Shown here one piece after another: positions 1 through 12,452 of a DNA stretch of 64,000 nt. Within the stretch, counting starts at the first letter, position 1. Every line of letters starts with the position of its first letter. A model generated the notes under the pieces. The model did no database searches and was not told the origin of the DNA. It was given only the letters and a program-made list of their open reading frames with translations. The stretch is from Azolla caroliniana (taxonomy: Eukaryota > Plantae > Polypodiophyta), in NCBI GenBank assembly GCA_043228905.1, contig JBHGNT010000004.1, positions 10,850,001 through 10,914,000 of the forward strand, written 5' to 3'. Made by a program: the position numbers and the translations under genes.

Positions 1-1900
1 ACTCACTCCCAAAATTATTCCTTATGAGGAATATCTCTCTAACGGCCTTTCGGTTTACGCTATCGTGCCTTTCGGCTCCGGATCGTTACGTGAGTCGGCG
101 GTTTTTATCTTTATCTAAAATCGGATATATTATTTTATGGTTTTCACGTAGTGTGTGGAATACACTACGACAACGCACAGATACGACCAGGTTGTGCATA
201 CTAACTTACGCGTCCAGTCTACGCACCCAATGTTGAGCTTGTCACTCAACACTCCCCCTCAAGCTCAACTTGAGGTTCCTCCTGCTCTTCTGGATCTACA
301 CTCCGGTCCCTTCTAGCTTTACGCCTTGCTCGCGCTCCTCGACCTATTCGATTCCGTGCGCTTCGACCCTTTCGGTCGGCTTGTCTGCCCGTTCGGCCCT
401 TCTCAGCTCCCTTGTTGTCGCGGTGTCAGCGTGTCCTTCACCGCCCTTTTCTCCGCATGGCTTTCAGTTGATTCAGCGTATCCGAATCGAACATTCCGAT
501 TGAATCGAACATTTCCGATTCAATTCCGCTTTCATTTGAATTGGTTGTCTCCAATTCGTCTTCAGTCTTTAGTCCTTTGACTACATCAGACCACGCTTGG
601 TCTTGGCCTTTACGCCCTTCTTGGTTGTATCTCCCCCTGATTTGGCTATCCTCGGCTCTTTCTTATGCTTACGGTCCTTGCTTCCGTCTTTGGCTTCTTC
701 AGCCGGTTCGAAGTCAAATTCTCCATCCGACTCCGCATCTCGGTCACTTCCGCCGTAATGCTTACCTCCGCTCCTTTCATGCTCTAGTCCCTGACCTTCC
801 TCTGGTCCCTGATCTTCCTCTCTCCCCCTCAAGTTCGGCGTGTCAAGGTGACGCAACCCAAGCGCACCCGAGAAATGCCGTAACTTGTCGAGACCAAGAG
901 GCTTTGTGAAGATGTCGGCAATCTACCGATCAATCGAAACATGCACCAATTCGACTTCTCCTGAAAGGACCCACTCGCGGACAAAATGGTAATGCACCTC
1001 AATGTGCTTGGTCCGGGCATGGAACTCGGGGTTTTTCACAAGGTGGATACTACTAAGGTTGTCGCAATAGATCGTCGTCAGATCAGACACCTCTACCTGC
1101 AGATCCCGTAATAGCCGTTTCAGCCAAATGAGTTTGCATGTAGCGACAGTTGCCCCTTGATATTCGGCCTCCGTGCTCGACAGTGCTACTATCGGTTGCT
1201 TTTTGCTACTACACGCAATCGCCGCACTTCCTAACGAGAAGGCGTATCCGGATGTGGATCGACGATCGTGGGCGTTTCCGGCCCAATCGGCATCCATGTA
1301 GCCGACGAACTGTTCGGCTATGCCTGCTCGATAAAACAACGTCATGTCTTTCGTGCCACTAACATAATGCAGTATCCATTGTGTGCACTGAAAGTGTTCG
1401 ACCATAGGTTGCGACATGAATTTACTGATTAACTAACATAACGCGGTATCCGTTGCGCGCACTGAAAGTGATCGACCGTAGGCTGCGACTCGATAACTAA
1501 GATCCGACCGAGTAATTGTCAGATAGATGTGGCTGCCGACAATCTGTCGGAACCATGTCGGGTCGCACGCCTTTCCTGAATCTCGGCGAAGCTTGACGGT
1601 TCTGTCTAGAGGGGTCGAGATGGGCTTACAATTTGCCATCCCGAACTTGAAGAGCATATTCAGCGCGTAATGACGTTGGCTGATCGAAATGCCTTCGGAG
1701 TTGCGGATCACTTCGATCCCGAGGAAGTAATGAAGGTCTCCAAGATCCTTCATTTCAAATGATGCCGCAAGTTGAGACTTCACGCGGCGGATTTCATCAA
1801 GGTCGGCACCGGCGATGACTAAATCATCAACATACAAGACCAAGCTGACCGGTCCATATTGTCCTTACCAAACAAATATAGAAGAGTCTGATTTTGACGA

Positions 1901-2418
1901 TGTTGTAGGTTTTAGGGTTAGGGTTAAGGACGATGATGATGATGATGATGAATGACAACTATGACGATTGGTAATGAAGATAGACATGATGATGGAGAGT
2001 ATGATGGTGAGAGAGATCATATAGATAAGCATTGCGGGGTGGGGGGTGGTGCCTAGAATGGCCCCACCCCCCTCCCAAGGGGGGTTCAACGTGAGAGAGG
2101 GAGAGAGAAGAGAAAAGGTGTCAAAGAGAGAGAGATTAGAGAGAAAATGTTCATTCATATTTCATTCATTCCCCATAAGGGGTTAAATAGTACAAGAGGG
2201 GGTAGATACAAAGGGGTGTAAGCCCCCTAGAGCATTCATACTGGACACTCACTCATACCTCCTCGTATCCATCCACATGCACACACGTGTGCATGTGTTC
2301 ACATACGTATCGACTCACGATTACATTTATGCCCCCTACAAACACACAACAATCATCATGATAACATTTGACCCTCGCTCATCACATTGACTCTCCATAC
2401 ATCTCGTACGGGGTAACA
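1901..2418. mobile_element. Solo LTR (518 bp) inserted in the RT of A
   Basis: TGTTG...TAACA termini. Perfect TSD GACGA (1896-1900 and 2419-2423). Removing it restores the RT sequence seen in B. Confidence 0.88.
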
Positions 2419-2563
2419 GACGACAAAAACCCCATCCTACGCAACTATTGTGTAATCTTTGTGTTCCAAGCTCACGGGGCTTACTTCAGTCCGTATAAGG
2501 ATTTCTTCAATCGGCAAATTGTCGAAGTGTTTTGTTTAGATAGAAATATGGGGGGTTGTACCA

Positions 2564-5500
2564 TGTAGAAAGTAGCGTGCGGAAGCAAGTATAAAGACAG
2601 AACAGAAGGAAGAACACTCAAGTTTAATGGAGAGCTTGAGCTTACACAGTATACGCGGGAGAGACCGAGAGAGTGAGAGAGAAGACACCAAAAAGGAATG
2701 TGTGTGTATATTTTTTTAAAGGAAAAAACAACAACCAACATATATGTGTTCAATGAACACTTTGTACAAGTCCTAGGAGGACTGACCGAAGTACTGACAG
2801 TACTTCAATGCTAATTAAGAGCTCTTACACTAACTCCCAAATATATTCCTCACGGAATATCTTTCCTAACGGCCTAACCGATCGGTCCCAACCGATCCGG
2901 TCCTCGGCTTCTTCAGCCGATCTGGCCGATGTTGAGCTTGTCTCTCAACACTCCCCCTCAAGCTCAACTTAAGGCTCTTCGGGATCTTCACAGCTCCGGT
3001 TCCTCCTGGCTTCACGCCTCGCTCGTGCTCCTCGACCTGTTCGACTCCGCGCGCTTCGACCCTTCCGCTCGGCTTGTCTGTTCATGTGGCCCTTATCAGC
3101 TCTTCTGTTGTTGCGGTGTCGACACTTCTTCTGCTGCCTTTTCTTCCGCTTGGGCCTCGGTTCATTCAATGTGTCTGAATCAAACATCTGAACCAACTCG
3201 TCTACCTCCGATCGGTTTTCGCTCTCGTCCGAGTTGGCTGTCTCCAACTTGTCTTCAGTCTTCTCGCCCTCGATGGCGTCATCTCCCCCATGCGTGGTTG
3301 GCTTCGGCTCTCTCCTTCGGCTGCTCCTGGACTTTTCCGCGGGTCCGCCCTCGGCTTCTTCAGCCGATCCGAAGTCGCACTCGTCAACTGACTCGATGTT
3401 GCGGACAACCGACTCGGTGTCGCGGTCTCCGCTCCTTTCCTGCTGCCTTGCTTGGTCGTTCGGGACTGTTCTCCCCCTCAAGTTCGGCACATCGAGGTGA
3501 CGCAACCCGAGCGCACCTGAGAATTGCCGCAACTTGTCCAGACCAAGAGGCTTTCTGAAGATGTCGGCAGTCTGCCGATCCGTCGGCACGTACTGAAGTT
3601 CGACTTCACCGGAAAGGACACGCTCACGGACGAAATGGTAGTGCACCTCAATGTGCTTGGTCCGTGCGTGGAAAACGGGGTTCTTCGCGAGCTGGATGCT
3701 GCTGAGGTTGTCGCAGTAGATCATCGTCGGATCTGACACCTCCGCTTGCAGGTCCTTAAGTAGTCGTTTCAACCATATGGCTTCGCATGTCGCGATAGCC
3801 GCTCCTCGGTACTCAGCTTCGGTGCTCGACAGTGCAACTGTCGGCTACTTCTTACTGCTCCACCCAATCGGGGCACTCCCGAGGGAGAACGCGTATCCGG
3901 ACGTGGATCGGCGATCGGCGGCGTTGCCGGCCCAATCAGCATCGGTGTAGCCGACTAACTGCACGGCTGCACCGGTCCGATATAGCAGTCCTCGGTCCTT
4001 AGTGCCACTTACGTACCATAGTACGCGTTGCGCACACTGAAGGTGCTCCTCGGTAGGTCGCGCCATGAACTGACTGATCACCCCGACCGGATAACTGAGG
4101 TCGGGTCGGGTGATGGTCAAGTATATGAGGCTTCCGACAATTTGTCGGAACCTCGTCGGGTCACATACCTCTCCCGTATCGGGACGAAGCTTGATGGTTC
4201 TGTCCAGAGGAGTCGAGATGGACTTACATTCGGCCATCCCGAGTTTGAAGAGCATACCCAGCACGTAATGACGTTGGCTGATCAATATGCCTTCGGGGGT
4301 ACGGATCACTTCGATCCCGAGGAAGTAATGAAGGTCCCCCAGATCCTTCATGTCGAACGATGCCGCAAGCTGGAGCTTCACGCGGTCGATTTCGCCTAGG
4401 TCGGCGCCGGTGATGACCAAGTCATCGACATATAGTAGAATACTAACCAGTCCGAGTCGACCTTTTCGGATGAACAGGGAAGAGTCCGATTTTGACGTGA
4501 CGAAGCCCATCCGACGCAGTTGTTGCGTGATCTTCACGTTCCAGGCACGCGGGGCTTGCTTTAGTCCGGAAAGGGACTTCTTCAGTCGGCATACTGCCGA
4601 GGAGTTTGTTCCGGAGGGAAATCCGGGGGGTTGTACCATGTACACTTGTTCCTCAAGGTCACCTTGCAGGAACGCATTCTTTACATCCATTTGATGTAGG
4701 TGCCACCCCTTGGCCGCGACTACTGCGAGCAAAACACGGACGGTCGTCATTTTTGCGACCGGCGCAAATGTCTCATCGTAGTCGATGTCGTGCTTCTACG
4801 CGTAGCCCTTTGCCACTAGCCGAGCCTTGTACCGGTTGACCGAGTCATCGGTGTTTTACTTGACTTTGTACACCCACCTACACCCGATCGGTTTTACCCC
4901 TCTTGGTGCGTCAACCAGGTCCCAGGTCTCGTTCTCCACCAATGCGTTCATCTCTTCCTCCATCGCGGCTCGCCAATTCGCGTCTTTAGCCGCTTCTGCG
5001 TAGCTCTCCGGCTCACGCACTTCCGCTACACGGGTCATGTACGCATAATGATGCGCCATGTACTCGTTGTATCCGAACCGCAAAACAGGATTCTTCTGGT
5101 GGGTAGATCGGCGTAATCTCGCATTAGCCGATGTCGAGGCCTTCTCGATCGACGCGGACTTCACTTTTAAAGACCGGTCACCGGTTCCCTCATAGTCGGA
5201 CTCGCATCGGTCTGACTCGTTCCTATCCGTGCCGGAATCCGACACCTTCTTCTTCCCTTTCTCTTTGCGTGTAAGCCGTCTCCTCGGCTTCCTGCGCGGG
5301 GAATGCACGGCCGAGTCTCCACTACTCGCCGACTCTTTATCGGACTGGTCGTACCGACTCAGCCATCCAATCGGTCCACTTAACCGGAGTGAAATCGGAC
5401 TCTCTTCGCGGGTCTCGATTTCCGGCTCATCCGGAGGCATCTCGGCCTCGCTGACCTCATCGTCAGAGCTCGGATTGGAGTCGGGGTTCGTAGTCGGGGG

Positions 5501-6638
5501 CAGGTACCAGGACGCGGACTCGTCAAACACAACGTCGCGGCTGACACGTGCTTGTTTGGTGCGAGGGTTATAGCACTTATAACCCTTCTGCTGTCGGTGT
5601 GCGTGCTTGTAGACGCACCCGGTGGTTCTCCTCTACCAGGAGCATTGACTGTAAGTCAAAAAAGGACGGCGTATTCTCCCGGGTACACACAGCCGTTCGG
5701 AACGCTCCGAACTTCGACGCCAAACCTCCGAGACAGATCTGGACCATCTCGCTCTCCTCGATGTTCACCTCTATGGAGGCGAGGGAGTCACAGATATCCT
5801 TGATCTTCGAGGTATAGTCCGCCACCGACAAGTCGCGTTGTCGTAGGTTGCTCAACTCCTGTCGGAGCTGAAACTTCCTGACTATGGTGCTTGCGGCGAA
5901 AATCTTCTTCAGATTTTCCCACGCACCCTTTGGCGTCTTTGCATCCCAAACATAGCTCAATAGCTGTTCGCCCACACACGACGCGAAGCAGTATAATACC
6001 CTGCTCGCCGATTGCTCCCATGACGGGAAGTCTCTGTGTGTCGATTCAGGTGCCGTGTCATTAGGTCCTTCGACATAACTCCAGTAGCCGTGCCCGAGCT
6101 GGTACTGGTGCATCTTGTAGGACCAAGATGCGTAGTTGGTTCTGTCGAGCTTCTCTGTTGGAAGCGAGCTCGCCATGCCTCTATCCATCTTTCTTCTTCC
6201 TCAAGCTGTGTCGGCTGCAGAGAGGTTCTCAACCCTCTCGCTCTGATACCATGTAGAAAGTAGCGTGCGGAAGCAAGTATAAAGACGGAACAGAAGGAAG
6301 AACACTCAGGTTTAATGGAGAGCTTGAGCTTACACAGTATACGCGGGAGAGACCGAGAGAGTGAGAGAGAAGACACCAAAAAGGAATGTGTGTATATATT
6401 TTTCTAAAGGAAAAAACAACAACCAACATATATGTGTTCAATGAACACTTTGTACAAGTCCTAGGAGGACTGACCGAAGTACTGACAGTACTTCAATGCT
6501 AATTAAGAGCTCTTACACTAACTCCCAAATATATTCCTCACGGAATATCTTTCCTAACGGCCTAACCGATCGGTCCCAACCGATCCGGTCCTCGGCTTCT
6601 TCAGCCGATCTAGCCGATGTTGAGCTTGTCTCTCAACA
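2564..6638 (-). mobile_element. Ty1/copia element B, internally deleted (no zinc knuckle, PR or IN core), nested in the RT of A
   Basis: 387-bp LTRs 2564-2950 and 6252-6638 (about 5 differences). TSD TACCA 2559-2563 and 6639-6643. PBS 6240-6251, PPT from 2951. Gag is joined directly to the IN tail (QKGYKCYNP) near 5590. Confidence 0.96.
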
Positions 6639-9600
6639 TACCATGTACACCTGCTCCTCAAGATCACCTTGTAGGAACGCGTTCTTTACATCCATCTTAT
6701 GTAAATGCCACCCCTTCGCCACAACTACTGCGAGTAAAACACGGACGGTCACCATCTTCGCGACAAACATGAAGGTCTTGTCATAGTCTATGTCGTGCTT
6801 CTGCACGTAGCCTTTTGCTACTAAACGGGCCTTGTATCGATTGACCGAGCCGTCGGTGTTGTACTTAACCTTGTACACCCACTTACATCCGATCGGCTTC
6901 ACACCTTCCGGTGCGTCAACCAGGTCCAAGGTTTCATTTTCCGCCAATGCGCACATCTCTTCCTCCATTGCGGCACGCGAGTTCGCGTCTTTTGCCGCTT
7001 CTACGTAGCTCTCCGGCTCACGCACTTCCGCCACACGCGTCATGTACGCGTAATGGTGCGCCATGTACTCATTATACCCGTATCTCTTTACAGGGTTCTT
7101 CTGGTGGGTAGATCGGTGTAAATCATGATCACCCAATTTAACAACCCTTTCGGCCGAGTTTGACCTCTGTTGTGGAGGTTTCTTTATGATCGGCTCAATG
7201 TCAGATTCGCTTCGAACTGACTCGACGCTGCCAAAATCGTACTCAGGCATTTTCTTCTTGCCCTTCTCCTTGCACATAAACCGTCTCCTCGGTTCTTTAC
7301 GCAGGGACATCACGGCTGAGTCACCACTACTTGCCGCCTCATCATCTGGTTGGCCATCTTGGCCCAACCTTTCATTCGGCCTACTTAGCCGAAATGAGAT
7401 CGGACTCTCTCTTAGAGCTCCGACATCCTCATCATGCGGTGGCATTTCAGCCTCCCTGATCTCTTCTTCAGAAATCAGAATGGAGTCTTGAGGTAGTGGA
7501 GGTGACGGCAAGTACCACGAAGTGGACTCATCGAACACGACATCGCGGCTTATGCGTACTTCATTTGTTCAAGGGTCATAACACTTATACCCTTTCTGCT
7601 CATCTGAATAGCCGACCAAGTTACATTTCTCGGCCTTGGCATCCAACTTCCTCCTTTTCTCCTTCGGCACGTGCACATATGCAATGCTGCCGAAAATCCT
7701 CAAATGTGCCAAGTTCGGCTTCTTTCCGAAATACAGCTCATGTGGCGACACTCCTCCATTAGCAGAAGTCCGATTATTTAGGTAGATAGCTGTCTTCACG
7801 GCTTCAGCCCAATAGAATTTTGGCATATGCTTCTCTTCAAGGATTGCTCTGGCCGCTTCTTCAATCGTCCGATTCTTCCACTCGGCCACGTCGTTCTGCT
7901 GCGGCATGTATCTCCACAAGAATTCACATCGAATTCCCTCCTTCTGTAGATAACATGTGAACTGGTCCGAGAAGTACTCATTCCCGCCATCGGACCGTAG
8001 GCATTTTGATCTTACAGCCTGTTTCCCTTTCCGCAAGGCTCTTCACCTTCAGGAAATAGCGAAGACTTCGCTCTTCTTCTCAATCATGCATGCCCACGTG
8101 TGCCGAGTGAAGTCATCGATGAAGGTTACAAAGTAACGGCTTCCACCGAAACTCGCATTCTGTGCCGGACCCCACACATCCGAATGGATAAAATCCAGCG
8201 GACTTCGACTACGATTACGCTCACTGGGGAATGGAAGTCGGTGTTGTTTTCCCATATGACAGGCTTTGCAGACTTGGCCATTCCGGCCACGAAACTTCGG
8301 CAACCCGAAAACAATGTTCTTCGTCTACATTTCACAAAGCCGTGGGAAATTTACGTGGCCAAACCGCTTGTGCCACAGGTCGATATCCAATTCGACCTTT
8401 TGTCCTTTCGCGTACAACGCGGTTCTGGCTTGATTAGTGTCAAGGATAAACATCCACCCTTCCTCTTCTATGAAGCAGCCGAGATGCGTGAATCGAACCT
8501 GCATTCCCTGGTCGACGATCTGACCAACCGACACTAGGTTCTTCATTATTGTCGGGACGTGCAACACGTTCATAAGCTTCCCTTTCTGCCCAACGTGGCT
8601 GAGGGGAACTTCACCAACATGTTCGATGGTATGCGGGGTGTCATCTCTCGTGTCGACAACCCCTCGTGATTCCGGCTTCTCCAAGTACGAGAACCATTCC
8701 TTGTGACTCGTCATATGATTTGACACTCCGGAATCGACATACCACACCTCGCTTGATTTTGAGGTGTTCACGACCATTGAGTTGGCCTTATGCTTCATTA
8801 CGAAGGCAGGGCCCGCTCCATCTCCGGCTCGTTCCGAGCCTTTCGCGAAGTGTGACTTCTGACGCCTTCTTGCGCCTCTTCTACTCGATTCAGCTTTGTC
8901 TGAATCAACTTGTTTCTTCCAACACTCGCTCTCCTTGTGGCCTTTCTTGCCACAATACCAACATTCTGACGCGGCCTTCTCTTGCCATCTTCCGGCGCCG
9001 CCATGACTCCCCCTACTTCTGGAGAGTTCGGAATTGCTTCCGGCATCTCGATTATGCTGTACATTCTACTCTTTTCGGTCACCTCCATTGCGCGCCGATC
9101 CGCCTCGTCCACCACGACCTCGGGGCCTATCATCCTCCATGTAAAGCATCTTGCCATCGGCGTGCGCACTCATCGACGCACCCGCGTGGTTTTCTTCTAC
9201 GAGCAACATTGACTGAAGCTCGAAAAATGAAGGCGTAATTTCCCTTGTGCAGACTGCCATTCGGAAAGGTCCGAACTTTGACGCCAAGACACCAAGACAA
9301 ACCTACACCATTTCATCTTCCTCGACGTTCACGTTGATGGAGGCGAGAGAGTCGCAGATTTCTTTGATCTTGGTGGTGCAATCAGCCACCGACATATCTC
9401 TTTGTCGTACATTGCTGAGCTCCTGTCTGAGCTGCAGCTTTCTGGCCGTTGTGTTGGCGGCGAAAATCCTTTTGAGATTTGCCCACACATCCTTCGGCGT
9501 CTTGGCATCCCGAATATAGATCAAAAGTTGATCGCTCACACAAGACGTGAAGCAGTACATCACTCTGCTCGCCGCTTGTTCCCAAGCCGGATAGTCCCTG

Positions 9601-10274
9601 TGTGTCGAGTCGGGTGCCACATCGTTTGCTCCTTCGACATAACTCCAATAGCCATGGCCAAGCAGGTACTGGTGCATCTTGTAAGACCAAGATGCGTAGT
9701 TGCTTCTGTCAAGCTTTTCAGTCGGAAGTGAGCTTCCCATTCCTCTGTCCATAGTACTGTCTTTTTCTTTTTCAAAAAAAGAATGAAGAACAACTTCAAC
9801 TCTGTTTTGTCGCAAGCTTTTCTTGTCGGCTGCAGAGGACTTCAACCCTCGCGCTCTGATACCATGTAAAAGGATACGTTGTGCGGAAGCGTGTGCATAA
9901 ACATAGAGTACACAGTTCGGTAAACTCAGAAAACACAGAGATGGAGAGGGAGAGGGAGAGAAAGAGAGTGAGAGAGCATACAACGTAAAACTCAAATTCA
10001 AAATAATGACTCTCTGTACATACACCGTGCTCAATGAGCACCTTTTATACAAGCCCTGACAATCGGGCTGACACAAGTACTGACAGTACTTGACTGCTCA
10101 TAAATGAGCCTCAACACTCACTCCCAAAATTATTCCTTACGAGGAATATCTCTCTAACGGCCTTTCGGTTTACGCACCGATACGGCCAGGTTGTGCGTAC
10201 TAACTTATGCGTCTAGTCTACACACTGGGTTACGCGCCATATTACGCACCCAATGTTGAGCTTGTCACTCAACA

Positions 10275-12452
10275 AGCATATACTTTGTTTTTCCTTTTTC
10301 TTCCCACAATGGGATATCTCCAACATGCTCTATTTGGTGAGTAGTATTATCACCTGTCTATACATAACCAGGAATCTCTAGTTCCCTTAACCTTTCAAAC
10401 CAATTTTTATGTCCTGTCATATGATTAGATGCCCCAGAATCTACATACCACATAAACTCTTCATTGCATCTCTATGAACATTCAGCCATTGCTAGTGTTT
10501 CATGTTGCACCACAAATGCACCATCTTTATCACATTCTTCACTAGTTGAGGCATAATTATTTTGTTGTCTCTTCCCTCTTTTTTCATCATTTTGCTTTTT
10601 ATAGCACTTAGCCTGTGTATGGCCTGGTTTTCCACAATACCAGCAGCCATCATCATTCAAATAGGTTTGCTTACCTCTTCCTCGATTGCTCCCCCTGCCT
10701 TTGATGTTGTTTCTTCCACTTATAAACTGTTGTCCTCTTCCTTGATAATTATTGTTGTTGGTTCTAGCTAAACCAAATCTTCCATGGCCTCTTCCTCGAC
10801 CTCTTCTACCACTATTGTAGAGGGCTTGCCCCTCATTCTCTGAGTTTCCTTTGTTTACATCATCCATTTGATTTCTTTCTTCTACTACAAGCATTGAAAC
10901 CAGATCTGGAAAACTTGGGATGTTATCCCTTGTGAGAATAGATGTTTTGAAGCTTTTATATTGAGGTCCTAAGCCTTTTAAGCATATTTCCACTTTATCA
11001 TCATCTTCTACCTTCACATTGATAGAAGCAAGTGATTCACATATGCTCTTTATTTTCAGAGCATACTCATTCACTGACATCTTACCTTTTACCAAGGTAT
11101 TTAGCTCAGTCTTCAACTGAAGCTTTCTAGCCTTTGTGTTCACTGCGAACAGTTTTACCAAACTGTCCCAAGCTTCTTTTGGAAGCATAACATCCTGTAT
11201 GTGTCCAAGCATCGAATCTGAGATGCTAAGTGAGAGCCAATGCAATACCTTTCTTGCCCCTTGATTCCATTCCTTAAATGCTTTAATCTGTGCAGCAGTT
11301 GCATTTTCTTCTAGGATCTCTGGAGCCTCTTCTAGGTCTCCTTCAATATAATCCCAATATCCTTTTCCCATCAAGAAATTTGTCATTCTGAATTTCCACG
11401 CCGGGAAATTGTTTTTATCTAATTTTTCTGTGACTATTTGGCTTGCATTCTCTGCATCCATTTTCTCTTTCAATTAGGGTTAACTTCACAGACAACTCTC
11501 TCTGATTCAGATCAGCAAACAAAGAAACAACCTTTCTCAGATATGTATATTGTTCTAATCTTCTTTATGAGCAACTTTGCTCTGATACCATGTTACGAAG
11601 GCGCTACGGCTCTTCTGTGTGCACAACGGATCGTGATGTGTTGGGTCGTTAGGTGTTGTTAGAGACATAAACTAATGTAAGCGTGAGATAAGGATAGAAA
11701 ATAGATGAATAGATAGAAAGGACAGAGATAAAGAATGGTGCCGATCCACCTGACCGCCCCCGAGCGAAGGGATCGAGACGGACTCGAGCCTCGATCAACG
11801 TCCCATACCACCGTCGTGGCGTCGAGTCGTACCTGGTGCTGGCGCACTCGCTACAAGAGTTGACCCACCACAAGACAGAGTCTCGACGTAGTCAACAAGA
11901 TGATCAAATGAGGGTAGCTAGTCCTCTTATTTATAGCGATACCCAAGGCCCCCAAGCAAGTTCACACTTGGCCTAATGGGTTGTCTCAATCCCGAGGATT
12001 AAAAGTAATCCTCCCCTTCTTTACACTCTCGTTTAACCCTCACACTTATCCACGTGTATAGAATACTACGGTAAATTCTCACCACGACATATTATATGGT
12101 CATGCCCGTAACAGGTGTGCTCAAGACAGAAAGGAAAGGGAAAGAGACTTACCTTTGCACAGTCCAAAAGCTTCTACTTCATTACACGCAGAGCTCAACT
12201 CGCTCTCGTCTGTTTTCTGTTTTCTGTTCTTACAACTCTCTGCACTACTCTCACTCTTACTCTTCTACTTACTTTTTACCTAAGTTATAAGTGACTTATA
12301 TATGTAGCTAATTAGCTACCAGTAGCTAAATAGTTGTGCATAGCTAAATAGTTGTTTCACCTTTATGTCCACTAGTAGCTAATTAGCTAATAGCTACTAT
12401 AGCTTATTTCTCAATAAGCATCACATACGTTTGTTGAGCTTGCTTCTCAACA
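10275..12452 (-). mobile_element. Ty1/copia element E, 5' part (LTR, PBS, gag, protease); interrupted by A
   Basis: LTR 11591-12452, split by a solo LTR. PBS GCTCTGATACCA 11579-11590. Gag ORF 10472-11473 with CWYCGKPGHTQAKC, followed by WYVDSGASNHMTG. Confidence 0.88.
11657..12113 (-). mobile_element. Solo LTR of the gypsy F family inside the LTR of E
   Basis: Reverse complement of the F LTR (48306-48773). TG...CA ends. TSD GGTGT 11652-11656 and 12114-12118. Confidence 0.95.

Larger units (their letters stand above)
1..10274 (-). mobile_element. Ty1/copia element A (degenerate; 3' LTR runs off the left edge), host of B and a solo LTR, itself inserted in E
   Basis: 3' LTR <1-251 ends TCAACA beside PPT CTCCCCCTC (252-260). 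5' LTR 9865-10274 (TG...CA). PBS GCTCTGATACCA 9853-9864 (tRNA-iMet type). Broken ORFs run gag, PR (WYVDSG), IN (FIDD, SDGGNE), RT (YVDD), RNase H (TEAEY). Confidence 0.93.

Noticed and set aside
2559-2563. TSD TACCA is identical to the PBS end next to the LTR
   Set aside because: TACCA is native host RT sequence (YMVQ codons) and is present on both sides, so it is most likely coincidence.
2929-3558. Antisense ORFs over the copia tail (also 31266-31622 and 62804-63421)
   Set aside because: GC-rich, stop-poor shadow frames with no consistent start or end among copies. The sense frame explains the conservation.
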